A stretch of 64,000 nt of DNA, from positions 7,626,001 to 7,690,000 of the forward strand of contig OU015567.1 of assembly GCA_907165135.1 (NCBI GenBank), read 5' to 3'. This DNA comes from Oikopleura dioica (lineage: Eukaryota > Animalia > Chordata). Below, piece after piece: positions 34,501-48,709 of the stretch. The position numbers and the translations under genes are program-made. Every line of letters begins with the position of its first letter. Position 1 is the first letter of the stretch. The notes beneath the pieces were generated by a model that had not been told where the DNA came from, ran no database searches, and saw nothing but the letters and a program-made list of their open reading frames with translations.

Positions 34501-37500
34501 ATGCTGTTTACAATCTTATCAAGGCTTTCGCCCATTATGAAGATGATGTTCCCGAAGACTTCGATATGGACATTCGAGAGAAGATTTCGGTCGCTGGTAG
34601 CTCTTCTTTCTGCTTGACCAAGCCAAACGAAGTTCCCGCTGATGAAAAGGGAGAGAAAGACTTCCCTCAGCAGTGTCTGGATATTTTGACTTACTTCCGA
34701 AACCGATGTATCGAACGAGTGGTGACTTGCCTCAAGAATGCACTCGAGCTTATTAAAAAGCGAATTGTGCCTCCAAAATCCAAGACTGTCACTCCAATTC
34801 TTCGAATCGACATTAACCTCGCTATCCCTAACATCGTCCTCTCTCCACCACTCGACGAACTCCAGCAAACGCTAAACAAAGCGACAAAAGCTATTGTTGA
34901 TGCTTCCACCTCCATCAAAGCCTGGAATCAGCATCGAGTTCAATCTTGTTTGGTTGAAAACGAGCAGGGCGTCCAGGAAACTCAAATTGTCCCGATCAGC
35001 CCAGATAACCTTGACAACTGGTATACTAGCATTCGAAACAGCAAAGATATCGTAAAGAATGTCGTTGTTGTCAATGGCGCGGTCAACTCTTTCCGAGAAT
35101 CTACTGCAGCCATCCTCAAGAGTTTTAACGTGTACCAACATCTTTGGGAAGGTGATCAGAAGGAAATCATCCAAGCTTTCATTGAAGGCGAAGACGGCGT
35201 GAAGCCGACTCTTTCCGATTACAAGGCTGAGATCAACAAATACGTTGAAATTCTCGAAAATATCGACAATATCGACCAAGAATTTATTCTGAATTCGATT
35301 GCCTTGAACGCTGCTAATGTCAAACTTGCATTCTCTGTCGAAGCCAAAAATTGGAAGTTCGAACTTTGCAAGTACATGCACAGCGAATACAGAAACATGA
35401 TGAACGAGACTTTCAACTTTGTCGATGAAGTCGCCAAGAAACTCACCCGACCCATTCAAGATCTTGAAGATGTTCGATACGCTATGGACTCACTCAAGGA
35501 AATCCGTGATAACTTCACAATGACAGAGGCGTCTATTCCACCGATTGAAGAAGCTTTCGCCCTTCTTACCCGATTCGAGTACCAAGTTGATCAAGAAGAG
35601 ATTAATAGATGCGATTCCATCCGATACGCATGGAAGAAATGCCGAAACCAGTCTGAAAAAGTCCAGAGCGAACTTGAAATTATTCAGCCGAAGTTTCTTC
35701 TCAATCTCCAGGAGAACGTCGAAATCTTCAAGGAAGATATGGATAACTATGAAAACGACTACACTGAAAGCGGACCTATGGCTGAAGGAATCACTCCTGA
35801 TGTTGCTTCTGAGCGACTTGCCATGTTCCAGTCCAAGTTCGACACGATTTACCGACGATACGACACCTACAACTCTGGTGAGCAGCTCTTTGGTCTCGCT
35901 CAGACCGAGTACCCGGCCATTCACGTCATCAAAAAGGAGCTTGGCCTCCTTCAGAAGCTCTACGGCCTCTACAACGCTGTCATGGATTCTATCGACGGTT
36001 ACTACGATCTTCTGTGGGTTGATGTTGATACTGAAGCTATAAACGCTCAGCTCTTGGACTTCCAGAATCGATGCAGAAAGCTTCCAAAGGCTCTCAAGGA
36101 ATGGCAGGCGTTTAACGATCTCTCCAAGAGAATTGCCGATTTCTCCGAATGTTGTCCTCTGCTCGAGCTTATGTCTAACAAAGCTATGAAACAGCGACAT
36201 TGGGATCGAATCGAAGCTCAGACCAATCACAAGTTCGACATTCATAACGAGAACTTCTCCCTTCGACATGTCATGGCTGCTCCTCTTCTCGAAAATAAGG
36301 ATGATTTGGAAGATATTTGCATCTCATCTGTTAAAGAAAACGAGATTGAAGCCAAGCTCAATCAGGTCATCGCCGAATGGAGCGCGCACGAGTTCGAATT
36401 CACTATGTTCAAGACAAGAGGCGAACTTCTCCTCACTGGTGGTCACACGACCGATATTGTCACATTCATGGAAGATTCTCTCATGATCCTCTCCTCTTTG
36501 ATGTCCAACAGATACAACGCTCCTTTCAAACCCCTTATCCAGCAGTGGGTTTCAAAACTCTCTAACTCGAATGAAATCATCGAGTCCTGGCTTATTGTCC
36601 AGAACTTGTGGGTCTACCTCGAAGCTGTCTTTGTTGGTGGTGATATCGCCAAGCAGCTGCCCGATGCCGCGAAGAGATTTGCGAACATTGACAAGTCCTG
36701 GGTGAAGATCATGGCTCGTGCCAAAGAAATGCCGAACGTTGTTCAGTGCTGTGTTGGAAACGATTACATGTCTCAGCTTCTTCCTCATTTGAGTGAGCAG
36801 CTTGAATGCTGTCAGAAATCTCTTACTGGTTATCTCGAAGCCAAACGACTTATCTTCCCTCGATTCTTCTTCATTTCCGATCCTGCTCTTTTGGAAATTC
36901 TTGGTCAAGCCTCCGACTCCCACACCATCCAAGCTCACTTGCTCGGTATTTTCGAAAACGTTGCCTCTGTCGAATTTAACGAAAAAGACTACAACAGAAT
37001 CGATGCTGTCCTCTCCCGAGAAGGCGAAAAAGTTCCTCTTGACGAGCCTGTCATGGCTGTCGGAAATGTTGAAGATTGGATTGGTAAACTGTTGGTCCTC
37101 CAGCAGCAGTCCCTCCATTCGGTCATTCGATATGCTGCGAATGACATCATGGAACCAGATACTTTCGAGCTCCTCTCTTTCATCGACAAGTACCCTGCAC
37201 AGGTCGGCCTTCTTGGTATTCAGATGATCTGGACCAAGGATGCTGAAGAGGCTTTGAACAACGCCCGATTCGACAAGAAAATCATGAGCGTTACCAACCA
37301 GCGATTCCTCGATTTGCTCACTAAGCTCATCGACCAGACAACACACGATCTTTCCAAGTTCGATAGAATTAAGTACGAAACGCTCGTTACCATTCACGTC
37401 CATCAGCGTGATATCTTCAATCAGCTCACTCAATGGCACATCAAGACTCCGCTCGATTTCGAATGGCTCAAGCAGGCTCGATTCTACTTCGATCCTGAAG

Positions 37501-40500
37501 CTCACAACGGAAAAGGAAAGTGTCTTGTTTCCATCACTGACGTCGACTTCGAATACCAGAACGAGTTCCTCGGTTGTACTGATCGTCTCGTCATTACGCC
37601 ACTTACCGATAGATGTTACATTACCCTCGCTCAGGCTCTTGGTATGGCTCTCGGTGGCGCTCCAGCTGGTCCTGCCGGTACTGGTAAAACTGAAACCACC
37701 AAGGATATGGCGAAAGCTCTTGGAAAGTACTGTGTCGTCTTCAACTGTTCCGATCAGATGGATTTCCGAGGTCTTGGAAGAATTTACAAGGGTCTTGCCC
37801 AGTCCGGTTCATGGGGTTGCTTCGATGAGTTTAACCGTATCGAGCTTCCTGTCCTTTCCGTCGCTGCCCAACAAATTTACATCGTCTTGCAGGCTAAGAA
37901 ACATCGCAGCCGAATGTTCATCTTCACTGATGGTGATGAAGTGAGCATGAACCCCGAGTTCGGTCTCTTCATTACTATGAACCCCGGTTACGCTGGTCGA
38001 CAGGAGTTGCCAGAAAACTTGAAGGTCCAGTTCCGATCTGTTGCTATGATGGTTCCCGATCGACAAATTATTAAACGAGTCAAGCTTGCCTCCTGCGGTT
38101 TCAACACCAACGAAATTCTCGCCCGAAAGTTCTTCGTCTTGTACAAGCTCTGTGAAGAACAGCTTACCAAACAGGTCCACTATGATTTCGGTCTCCGAAA
38201 TATTTTGTCCGTCTTGCGAACACTCGGTGCTGAAAAGCGAAAGAATCCTGAAGATACTGAAGAACGAATCGTCTTGCGAGTCTTGCGAGACATGAACTTG
38301 TCTAAGTTCGTCGATGAAGATGTGCCTCTTTTCCTTTCGCTCATCAGTGATTTGTTCCCTGGAATTCAACTCGGCTCTGCCTCTCATGACGAACTTCAGG
38401 CTCTTATCCAACAGAACGTTGAGAAAGCTGGCGATATCGTCAACCACCCATCTTGGAATCTGAAGGTCATCCAGCTTTACGAGACTCAGCTTGTCCGTCA
38501 CGGTATTATGACTCTCGGACCTACTGGTACTGGTAAAACTCGTGCTATTCGAACTCTCATGGGCGCCTTTACCGATCAAGGCCGACCTCACCGAGAATTG
38601 AAGATGAATCCTAAGGCTATCACAGCTCCTCAAATGTTTGGTCGACTCGATGTTGCCACCAACGATTGGACTGATGGTATCTTCTCCACGCTTTGGCGTC
38701 GATCTCATCGAACCAAGAAAGGTGAATTCGTTTGGATTATTCTTGACGGTCCCGTCGATGCTATCTGGATTGAGAACTTGAACTCTGTCCTTGATGATAA
38801 CAAAACACTCACCCTCGCTAATGGTGATCGTTTGGTCATGGCTCCATGCGCCAAGCTTGTTTTCGAAGTCCACAATATCGACAACGCCTCTCCAGCTACT
38901 GTCTCTCGAATGGGTATGATTTTCTTGTCAAGTTCTGCTCTTGACTGGACACCTATCCTCGACGGTTGGCTCAACACTCGAAAGGCAACAGAATCCGGTA
39001 TCCTTCGAGACCTTTTCCACCGAGAAAATGTCTTTACTGATCTGTTGACGCAAGTCTACCAAGTCTACGAGCCAAAGATGAAGCTGTACGAGTGTAACTA
39101 CATCGTCCAAGCCACAAATGTTCTTTCTGGTCTTATCCCAGAGAAGGAAGACAAATCCACGTTGTCTGCCACTATTCTTGAGCGACTTTTCATCTTCGCT
39201 CTTATGTGGTCTATTGGCTCCGTACTTGAATTGGAAGACCGAGCGAAAATGGAAGCTTTCCTCAAGTCCCATCCATCAAAACTTGATCTACCAAAGATTC
39301 CAGGTGATACCAACTATACCATCTTCGAATACGTATGCAATATCGAAACCGGTGAATGGGAACATTGGAACGATCGTGTCCTCGCATACGATTACCCAAC
39401 CAGTCCTGATGAAGATCTCCCAGACTACTCTGGAATCCTCATTCCGAACGTCGATAATACGAGAACAAATTTCCTCATAGATATCATCGCTTCCCAGGGC
39501 AAGTCTGTTCTCCTTATTGGTGAACAGGGTACTGGTAAAACCGTCATGGTCCAAGGTTACTGTAAAAAGTACGACCCAGAAGTGCACGTTTTCAAGTCTT
39601 TCAACTTCTCCAGCGCTACCGAACCACACATGTTCCAGAACACTATCGAGTCCCTTGTCGACAAGCGAGTTGGTACTACCTACGGACCCCCTGGTGGGCG
39701 TAAGATGACTGTTTTCATTGATGACGTAAACATGCCTGTTGTTAACGAGTGGGGTGATCAGATCACTAACGAAATTGTCCGACAGATGATGGAACAGAAC
39801 GGTATGTTCTCACTCATCAAACCTGGTGATTTCACCAATATCGTCGATATCCAGTTTATCGCTGCTATGATTCACCCTGGTGGCGGACGAAATGACATTC
39901 CTGAACGATTGAAATCCCAGTTCGTCATCTTCAACTGCACCCTTCCCGCTGATAACTCGATTGATCATATCTTCCGAACCATCGCTACATCTTACTTCTC
40001 GACTGAACGAGGCTTCTCGCCAGATGTTCACGACATTGTCGCCAAACTCGTCCCTACAACTCGACTCCTTTGGCAACAGACCAAGGGTAAAATGTTGCCA
40101 ACACCCGCGAAATTCCACTACGTCTTCAACTTGCGAGGTAACTTCCTAATTATGAGATTATTAATCTAATCCTAATTATTAAGATTTGTCTCGAATCTGG
40201 CAGACCGTTCTCAACGTCACTCACGAAGAATGCAATTCTGTCGAGAGTGTTGTTGCTCTGTGGAAACACGAATGTACCCGTGTCATTGCTGATCGATTCA
40301 CTTGTCTCGAAGACAAGGCTTGGTTCGAAAATGCCATCAACGATACCCTCAAAACTGTCATTCCTGAAGACGTCGTCATTCGAGAAGAACCTTTCTTCGT
40401 CGATTTCCTCCGAGAAGCTCCTGAGCCAACTGGTGAAGAAGGCGATGATGCTGACCTTGACGCGCCAAAGATCTACGAAGAAGTTCCAAGTTTGGACTTT

Positions 40501-43500
40501 CTCTTGGAAAAGCTCCACGAGTACATGCGAAACTACAACGAAAACGTCCGAGGTGCCAATATGGATCTTGTATTCTTCAAGGATGCTATGGTTCACTTGG
40601 TCAAAATCTCACGTATTATTCGAACTCCACAGGGTAATGCTCTCCTTGTTGGTGTTGGTGGTTCTGGTAAACAGTCGCTTACCAAACTCGCTTCCTTCAT
40701 CGCTGGATACAAAGTCTTCCAGATCACCCTCACAAGATCTTACAATGTTACCAACTTGATGGAAGATCTCAAGGTTCTCTACCGAGATGCTGGTCAAAAG
40801 GGTCAGGGATGGACTTTCATCCTTACCGATAACGAAATCAAGGACGAAGGCTTTTTGGAACCAATGAATAACCTCATTTCTTCTGGTGAGATCTCTGGTC
40901 TTTTCGCTAGAGATGAAATCGACGAGATCTGTGGTGAGCTCATCGCTGTTATGAAAAAAGTTTCGCCAAAAACTCCACCAACTCAAGATAATCTGTACGA
41001 ATTCTTCGTCTCTCGAGCAAGAGCAAATCTTCACGTTGTTCTCTGCTTCTCCCCCGTCGGTGAAAAGTTCCAAGCTCGATCTCTCAAATTCCCTGGTTTG
41101 TTCTCCGGCTGTACTATGGATTGGTTCACTCGATGGCCTAAAGATGCCCTCGTCGCTGTGTCCAGCCATTTCTTGGGTAATTTCGACATCAAATGTACCG
41201 ATGAAGTAAAACAACAGCTTATTCAAACTATGGGTTCTGTTCACGATTGTGTTCAAGAGTGCTGCCTTGAATATTTTGATCGATTCCGAAGAACGACTCA
41301 CGTCACCCCGAAATCCTACCTATCCTTCTTGGAAGGTTACACAAAGATTTACAAGGCTAACCTTGAAAATCTCGAACATCTTGCTTATCGAATGGGTACT
41401 GGTTTGGACAAACTTGTTGAAGCTGGTGCTTCCGTCGATCAGCTCTCCAAAGAACTTGAAGTCAAGAAAGTCGATCTCGAAGTTGCTTCTATCAAAACAA
41501 ACAAGGTCCTTGAGGAAGTCGCCGTCGCGTCTGCCTCTGCTAACAAAGTCAAAGAAGCTGTCATGGTCGTCAAAGAACGAGCTCAGAAAATCGTCGACTC
41601 CATTCAGGCAGAAGAAGCCGTTGCAAACGAAAAACTTGCTGCTGCTGAGCCTGCTTTGAAGGCTGCCGAAGATGCCCTCAACACCATCAAAGCTGCTGAT
41701 ATTGCCACGGTCCGAAAACTGGGTAAACCTCCACATCTGATTATGAGAGTCATGGACTGCATTCTCATCCTCTTTGGAAATAGACTCAACCCATGCGTAC
41801 AGGATCCTGAGAAGGATTGCCCCACACCATCATGGGGTGAGTCTCTCAAGATGATGTCTCAGTCTTCTTTCCTCTCTAACTTGCTGAATTACAACAAAGA
41901 TACCATCACTGACGAAATGATTGAAATGCTCGAGCCTTACTTCCGAATGGAAGATTTCACTCTCGAATCAGCGATGAAGGTCTCAGGATCTGTCGCCGGT
42001 CTCCTTTCTTGGGCTAAAGCTATGGCCTCCTTCTACTCCGTCAACAAGGAAGTCATTCCTTTGAAAATGAATCTCGCTGCTGCTAAGGCTCGTCTTACCA
42101 TCGCCCAGAAGGAACTTGACGCTGCTCAGGCTGAGCTTGACGCAAAGGAAGAAGAAGCTGCCATTGTACAGGCCAAGTTCGATGCCGCTATGGCAGAGAA
42201 ACAAGCTCTCGAAGACGATGCTGCTTCTTGTATGAGACGTATGTCTGCTGCTACAGCGCTTATCGAGGGTCTCTCCGGAGAAAAGATTCGATGGACAGCT
42301 GCTTCTAAATCTTTCCAAGACCAAATCAACAGACTTGTTGGTGACGTCCTTCTCGCCACTGGTTTCTTGTCTTACACTGGTCCATTTAACCAGGAATTCC
42401 GACAGCTTCTTATTGACAATAGATGGAGAGTTGAAATGGAAGAGCGAGGAATCCCCTTCACGGAAGACCTCAACATTACTGATTTCCTCATTGATCAGAC
42501 TACTGTCGGCGAGTGGGCCCTTCAAGGCCTCCCATCTGATGATCTCTCCGTCCAAAATGGTTTGATTGTCACCAAGGCGTCCCGATATCCTCTTCTCATT
42601 GATCCTCAGCTCCAGGGTAAATCATGGATTAAAAACCGGGAGAAGAAGAATGACCTGATGGTTACAAACTTGGAGAACAAATACTTCCGAACCCATCTCG
42701 AAGATGCTCTCTCCATTGGTCGACCTCTTTTGATCGAAGATGTTGGTGAAGCACTGGATCCCGCTCTTGATAACGTCCTTGAGAAGAACTTCATTAAGAG
42801 TGGTTCCCGTTACAAAGTCAAGGTAGGTGACAAAGAATGCGACGTCATGGATGGCTTCGTTCTCTACATCACCACCAAACTTCCTAACCCCAAGTACACT
42901 CCCGAAGTTTCTGCTCGAACATCCATCATTGATTTCACTGTCACATCAAAGGGTCTTGAAGACCAGCTTCTTGGACGTGTAATTCTCACAGAAAAGGCGG
43001 AACTCGAAGCTGAACGAGTCCGATTGATGGAAGAAGTCAACGCTAACAAGAAAACAATGAAGCAACTTGAAGATAACCTCCTGATGAAGCTTACCTCTAC
43101 CAAGGGTTCTCTTGTCGACGACGAATCTCTGATTATTATGTTGAACACAACCAAGAAAACCGCTGGCGAGGTCTCTGAAAAGCTTCAGATTGCCCACGAC
43201 ACCAACATCAAGATTAACATTGCTCGAGAAGAGTTCCGACCTGTCGCTACTCGAGGTTCGATTCTCTATTTCTTGATCACCAAGATGCAGGATGTCAACG
43301 TTATGTATCAGACATCTCTCTACCAGTTCTTGGAAATCTTTGATAACTCCATGCATCGATCTACCAAGTCGCCAGTTAATCAGAAGCGAATCGCCAATAT
43401 CATTGAGTACTTGACGTTCGCTGTCCATGAGTACACTGCGCGATCACTCTACGAGGAACACAAGCTTCTCTTCGTCCTCCTCATGACTCTTCAAATTGAT

Positions 43501-45807
43501 CTGCAGAGAGAAAACATCAAGTTCACTGAGTTCCAGACCTTCATCAAGGGTGGTGCTGCTTTGGACATGGCTTCTGCACCAACCAAGCCTCCATCTCTCA
43601 AGTGGATTCAGGATATGAACTGGCTCAACTTAGTTCAACTCAAGCAACTTCCTGAATTCCGAGAAATTCTCAACCAGATCATCCGAAACGACAAGGCCTG
43701 GAAGCAGTGGTGGGATACTGACGCCCCAGAAGATGAAATCATCCCTGATGGGTACAACGCCTCCCTCGACACCTTCCGAAAGCTTCTCCTCATTCGATCA
43801 ATGTGTCTCGATCGATCTATGCCTCAAGCTCTCCGATACATTTCTGACTCTCTTGGAGCACGATACGCCGATCCAGTCATTTTGAACTTGGAAACTATGT
43901 TGGCTGAAAGTACCATCCGTGTTCCTATGGTCTGTCTGCTTTCTATGGGTTCCGATCCTACAAACCAGATTTGCGATTTGGCGCGAAAGATGAACCTCGA
44001 ATGCCGATGTATCTCCATGGGTCAGGGACAAGAAATTCACGCTCGACGACTTCTCAACCTCGCTCGAGAACAAGGTGGCTGGGTTCTTCTTCAGAACTGT
44101 CACTTGGGTCTTGAGTTCATGGAAGAACTTCTCGAGTTTACTCTCACCAACGAAAACCCCAACCCAACTTTCCGAGTCTGGATTACTGTTGAGCCTCATC
44201 CAAAGTTCTCTATCACTCTCCTCCAGTCATCGATCAAGTTTACCAACGAGCCTCCTCAGGGTATCCGAGCAGGTCTCAAGCGAACCTTCTCCGAGTACGA
44301 TCAGGACTACCTTGATATTAACAACCTCAAGGAATGGAAACCGCTCATCTATGCCGTCGCCTTCCTCCACACCACTGTTCAAGAACGACGTAAGTTTGGT
44401 CCAATTGGTTGGAACATCCCTTACGAGTTCAACTCTTCCGATCAGTCTGCTACCATGCAGTTCATCCAGAACCACTTGGACGATCTCGACCCCAAGCGAG
44501 GTATTCAGTGGGCTACTGTACGATACATGATCGGTGAGGTACAATATGGTGGTCGAGTCACTGACGACTTCGATAAGCGACTTCTCAATACCTACGCTCT
44601 CGTCTGGTTCTCACAAAAGACTTTCGAGGACAGCTTCAACTTCTACAAGGGCTACATTATTCCCAAATATGCCTCTCACGACCAAGTCATGGGTAAATTA
44701 TCAAATTATAATCCAGTTATTCATATTTTTATTAAGGCGCTATCAATGGAATGAGTCCTATTGATTCTCCCGAAGCTTTCGGTCTCCATCCAAATGCTGA
44801 TATCACCTACCAGACTCGATCTGCTGGAGCCATTCTCTCCACAATCGTCGACATTCAACCTAAGGATGCTGGCGCTGGCGGCGGAGAAACTCGAGAAGAG
44901 AAGGTCTACCGAATGGCCGATGAAATGTTGGCAAAGCTCCCCGCTGACTTTATCCCTCATGAAGTCAAGGCACGTTTGAAGAAGATGGGCGAATTCCAGT
45001 CGCTCAACATTTTCCTCAAACAAGAAATTGATCGAATGCAGCGTGTCATTTCGCGAGTTCGAATCACCCTCATCGACTTGAAATTGGCCATCGAAGGTAC
45101 AATTATTATGTCCGAAAACTTGAAGGATGCATTGGACAATATGTTCGATGCTCGTGTTCCCGCCCTCTGGAAGAAGATCTCCTGGGATGCTTCTACCCTT
45201 GGTTTCTGGTTCACCGATCTTGTCGACAGAGATGCTCAGGTAATATTTGTATTTTTTCTTTAAGGCTCTTATTTTCATTTTAGTTCCGATCTTGGTGCTT
45301 CGATGGTCGACCTAAATCTTTCTGGATGACTGGTTTCTTCAACCCTCAAGGTTTCTTGACCGCCATGCGACAGGAGGTCACTCGAATGCACAAGGGCTGG
45401 GCTCTCGATTCCGTCACCCTCGCCAACGATGTAACCAAACACAACTACGAAGATATCAACGAGGGACCTAAGGAAGGTGTCTACGTCCACGGCTTGTTCT
45501 TGGATGGCGCCAACTGGGATCGAAAGAACAACTGTCTCGCCGATCCTCTTCCAAAGGTTTGACTTCGTATTTTTCAAACAAAAATCTTGACTCACTTTTT
45601 CAGGTCTTGAATGTGGCCATGCCCGTGATCCATGTGTACGCTATCAACTCGACTGCGCCCAAGGATCCCGCGCTCTACCAGTGTCCAACATACAAGAAAC
45701 CGCAGCGAACGGATTTGACCTTCATTTCGTCTCTGTACTTGAAGTCCAAGCAGCCACCATCCAAGTGGGTCCTCCGAGGTGTTGCCCTTCTCTGCGATAT
45801 CAAATAA
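31592..45807 (+). CDS. DNAH5: Axonemal outer-arm dynein heavy chain (DNAH5/DNAH8 class)
   Basis: DHC_N1/N2 stem, AAA1 [21 protein letters not shown]2 [11 protein letters not shown]3 [11 protein letters not shown]4 GVGGSGKQ, stalk, and C-terminal [17 protein letters not shown]5 and DNAH8 cannot be separated by eye; the start codon is approximate. Confidence 0.9.
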
Positions 45808-46001
45808 GCTGTTTCTGATTTCTGCTTTCACATCTATTTATTTTTATATCAACATAATATTCTATTTTTATATTTAATAACTTTGGTCCGCATATTAATC
45901 CCTTCAATCAAATTTCAATAAATAATTCTCCGCAATAAACTAAGTTTGTCTTGTTTAGAAACTTTTTGGTAGTAGCGAGTGTATAATATAGCAGTGTCGA
46001 G

Positions 46002-47431
46002 ATGGATTGGGTAGAGCCCGCAGAGGAGGAAATGTACATTTCCAACTTTCCTCCTGAAAACATGCGTCTAAATGTGAAGTTGTTTTCTGTCCCGCCGAAG
46101 TCTTCGCCAGATCCACCGGTAACTTGACTATTTCGAGATGAAGATAATTTTCAATGATAGGAAACACACTCCAAAGTATTCAAATGGAAGTCGCAAATTA
46201 CCGAGGGTCGTCTTATTTCAAGCCTCACTGATCTAAAGACAAATCTCATCACTGGAATTGAAAATATCACGCTGAATCAAAACAACGCAGAAGCTAAGTT
46301 TACTGAGAAAATGTTCATCTATGCGAATTTGGCGCGAAATCCGGACGAGCAACAAGAACTTATTGAAATTTTACGAATACGAACAGATGGAAACGGCCAC
46401 TATTGGTTCAAGCCAGATTTGACAGGAAGCAGGCCTCCCTATCGGATACCGCCGTTTGCGTCTGCCAGCATTTTTACCAACCAAGGTTTTTCAAGAGCTT
46501 CTGATTCTTGAGACGATGCCATTTAGAGTGGCGATATAAAATTGAAGGAATTCAAGTCGGACCGGCACACGGTTTCCAAGATGAAAAATCAGTTCTACCG
46601 CCGCAAATCACATGGACAGACTCGCACCCGATGGAAGGTGTCGTCAAAGTCCATGTTTTTGGAGAGGTGCTTTCGGCTGAAGGCTTCGAGTATCCAACTA
46701 TCTCTGGTAAATTCCGCTCTATTTTGCTCTTTTTCGAATTTACCGCCTTAAGTAACGATCAGAAACTCCCTCGACTCGCAACACGTTGTCACGCATTCAG
46801 TGTCCCCACGAGACGGAATCAGAAAATATTCGTATCCCTTCACTTTTGAGTTCTCAATGAGAGACGGGGCTCGGTATCCAGAGCTGTTTGTTGAAGCAGT
46901 TTCTTTCGGGTTTTTCAATAATCGAAGAATCGAAGGTAATTCTTATCATTTTATCTATTGATAATAGACTATTATCAATTCATTTTCGATATTTTTAGGC
47001 TATGGTTACGGAATGATCCCGGAAGAGGCGGGTAAACACGATGTTGAAATCAAATGCTGGAGACCGCAAATGGGACTTCAAGACGAGTAAGTTCCATTGA
47101 TTTTGCTCCGTTCTGATTTGAACTGCTTTCTAGATTACGCCGTTTCTTCCTCGGTGGCACAGGAGAGCTGGTGTCGCTCAATCCAATCGGCATCAACCCT
47201 TATTCTTCCTCAAACAAGTTCTCCCGCCTTGGACTCAACACGATGACTACAGGGACGGTGAAAGTGCGTCTCCGCATCGCCAAACACTTCCACAAAAGCT
47301 CCAAAAAGAAATCAACCTCACGACTGCCAGCAGAAAGTTCGAAAGAAGACATCTTGGAAAAATTCCAAAAGGTTCGAGATCAGATGATTCGCAACCGAAG
47401 AGCCGTTCCAAAACACATTATTTCCTCTTGA
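46002..47431 (+). CDS. MKS1: Meckel syndrome type 1 B9-domain transition zone protein
   Basis: KMFIYANL...LRIRTDGNGHYWFKPDLTGSRPPYRI, GEVLSAEGFEY, PELFVEAVS...RRIEGYG, CWRP...LRRFFLGGTGEL and SRLGLNTMTTGTVKVRL match MKS1. Confidence 0.88.
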
Positions 47432-47988
47432 GAAGAAGCCGCTTTTATTTTTTTAGCACTGTCCATTTTATTTTTTTCAATAAAATCTTTCCTTTTGATA
47501 ATTTTGTGCGTGTTAATTTTTTAAATAAGGTAAAATGGAAATGATTATTTGAGTTGAAAACAGGATTTCGGTGAAAATAAGTCAGGAACTGTCCAAAGAT
47601 GAAGTTTTTGGAGACTTGAATCAAAACACCATAATGCCATATTTAACCAGATATTCCGGGATCGATTTTCGGTCTTTTGCTTCAGCTCTGGTCTCTCTTC
47701 AAAACGTATAATTCTTTCGCCTTTTACTAAAGAATTCCGTGGAGAGGGACACTCTTATGAGTATTTGAATTTTTCTGAAGCCTCACACGAGGCAGTAACC
47801 CTGAACTTTGACCTCGGTTCTGAGATCTCACCTCCGACGGGGGATTATCCATCGGTCGCAGGCTGCTCGCAGCGATTCCTTTCCCGATTCGTCTTTTACA
47901 TCTTTTGATTAGTGTTGGTTGATTTTGACGTTTGTCGATATATGCTACTGCATATAATATGTAATATCATGAATTATGATAATAGTAT

Positions 47989-48583
47989 GACGCGCTTTTT
48001 TTAAGGTTGTGCAAGTTATTTCTCCCACTTTTTCTTTGAAATACCCATAACATCATATATATTTGGAATCAGTGAGAAATATCAAAAACCGTGACCTTTT
48101 TAGTTTATCGAAAATCATTTCCGGTTTCGACTCTAGAGTCGGAAGTTGGCGAAATTAATGAGAATGTTATGCTTGTGACCTATCAAATTGAAGCTAAGAA
48201 CGTTTTAAATCATTTTCAGATCGCGTTCAGATTCGGTTCCCTTTGGTTTAGTGCGCTCTTTTTTCAGTTTGAAATTCGTAAAAATATGCCAAATATCGAT
48301 TTTTTTCTCTCGTTTGACCGGTCGTTCTGACCGCGGTTTGATTTAATTTCTCTTCCAAGAGACTGGAAATGTTCTATGCTCCAGTTTGATAGGTCACATG
48401 CATGCCATTCTCATAAATTTCGCCAACTTCCGGCTCTAGAATCGCAACCGGAAGTGATTTTCAAGAAACAAAAAAGGTCACGGTTCTAGATTTTTTCTGC
48501 TGATTCCAAATATGTATTGCATGCCAGGTTTTGGAATTAGTAAGTAGGTCAAATAACTTGCACAACCTTAAAAAAAGCGCGTC
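47989..48583. mobile_element. Foldback MITE (595 bp), 33-bp perfect TIR, 3-bp TSD
   Basis: TIR GACGCGCTTTTTTTAAGGTTGTGCAAGTTATTT at both ends, TAT on both flanks and long internal inverted repeats containing GCCAACTTCCG. The superfamily (PIF/Harbinger-like) is inferred from TSD length only. Confidence 0.9.
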
Positions 48584-48709
48584 TATGGTGTTTTATTCCG
48601 AGAACTTTCGTCCATAAAAGACAGAGAACTCGGAATAAAGCGCCACACTACAAATATAATCATAGGAATGATAATTGATTATTTTTAGAGTATAGAAAAC
48701 TGTTAGAAC

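Noticed and set aside
32612-45214. Numerous antisense and alternate-frame ORFs over the dynein gene (also over HEATR1, NFX1 and the collagen)
   Set aside because: They are expected shadows of biased codon usage in long real ORFs.
47540-47900. Possible small minus-strand two-exon gene (…SLRAACDRWIIPVG|VKGERIIRFEERPEL…)
   Set aside because: No start codon or family similarity could be established, so it is not supportable without transcripts.
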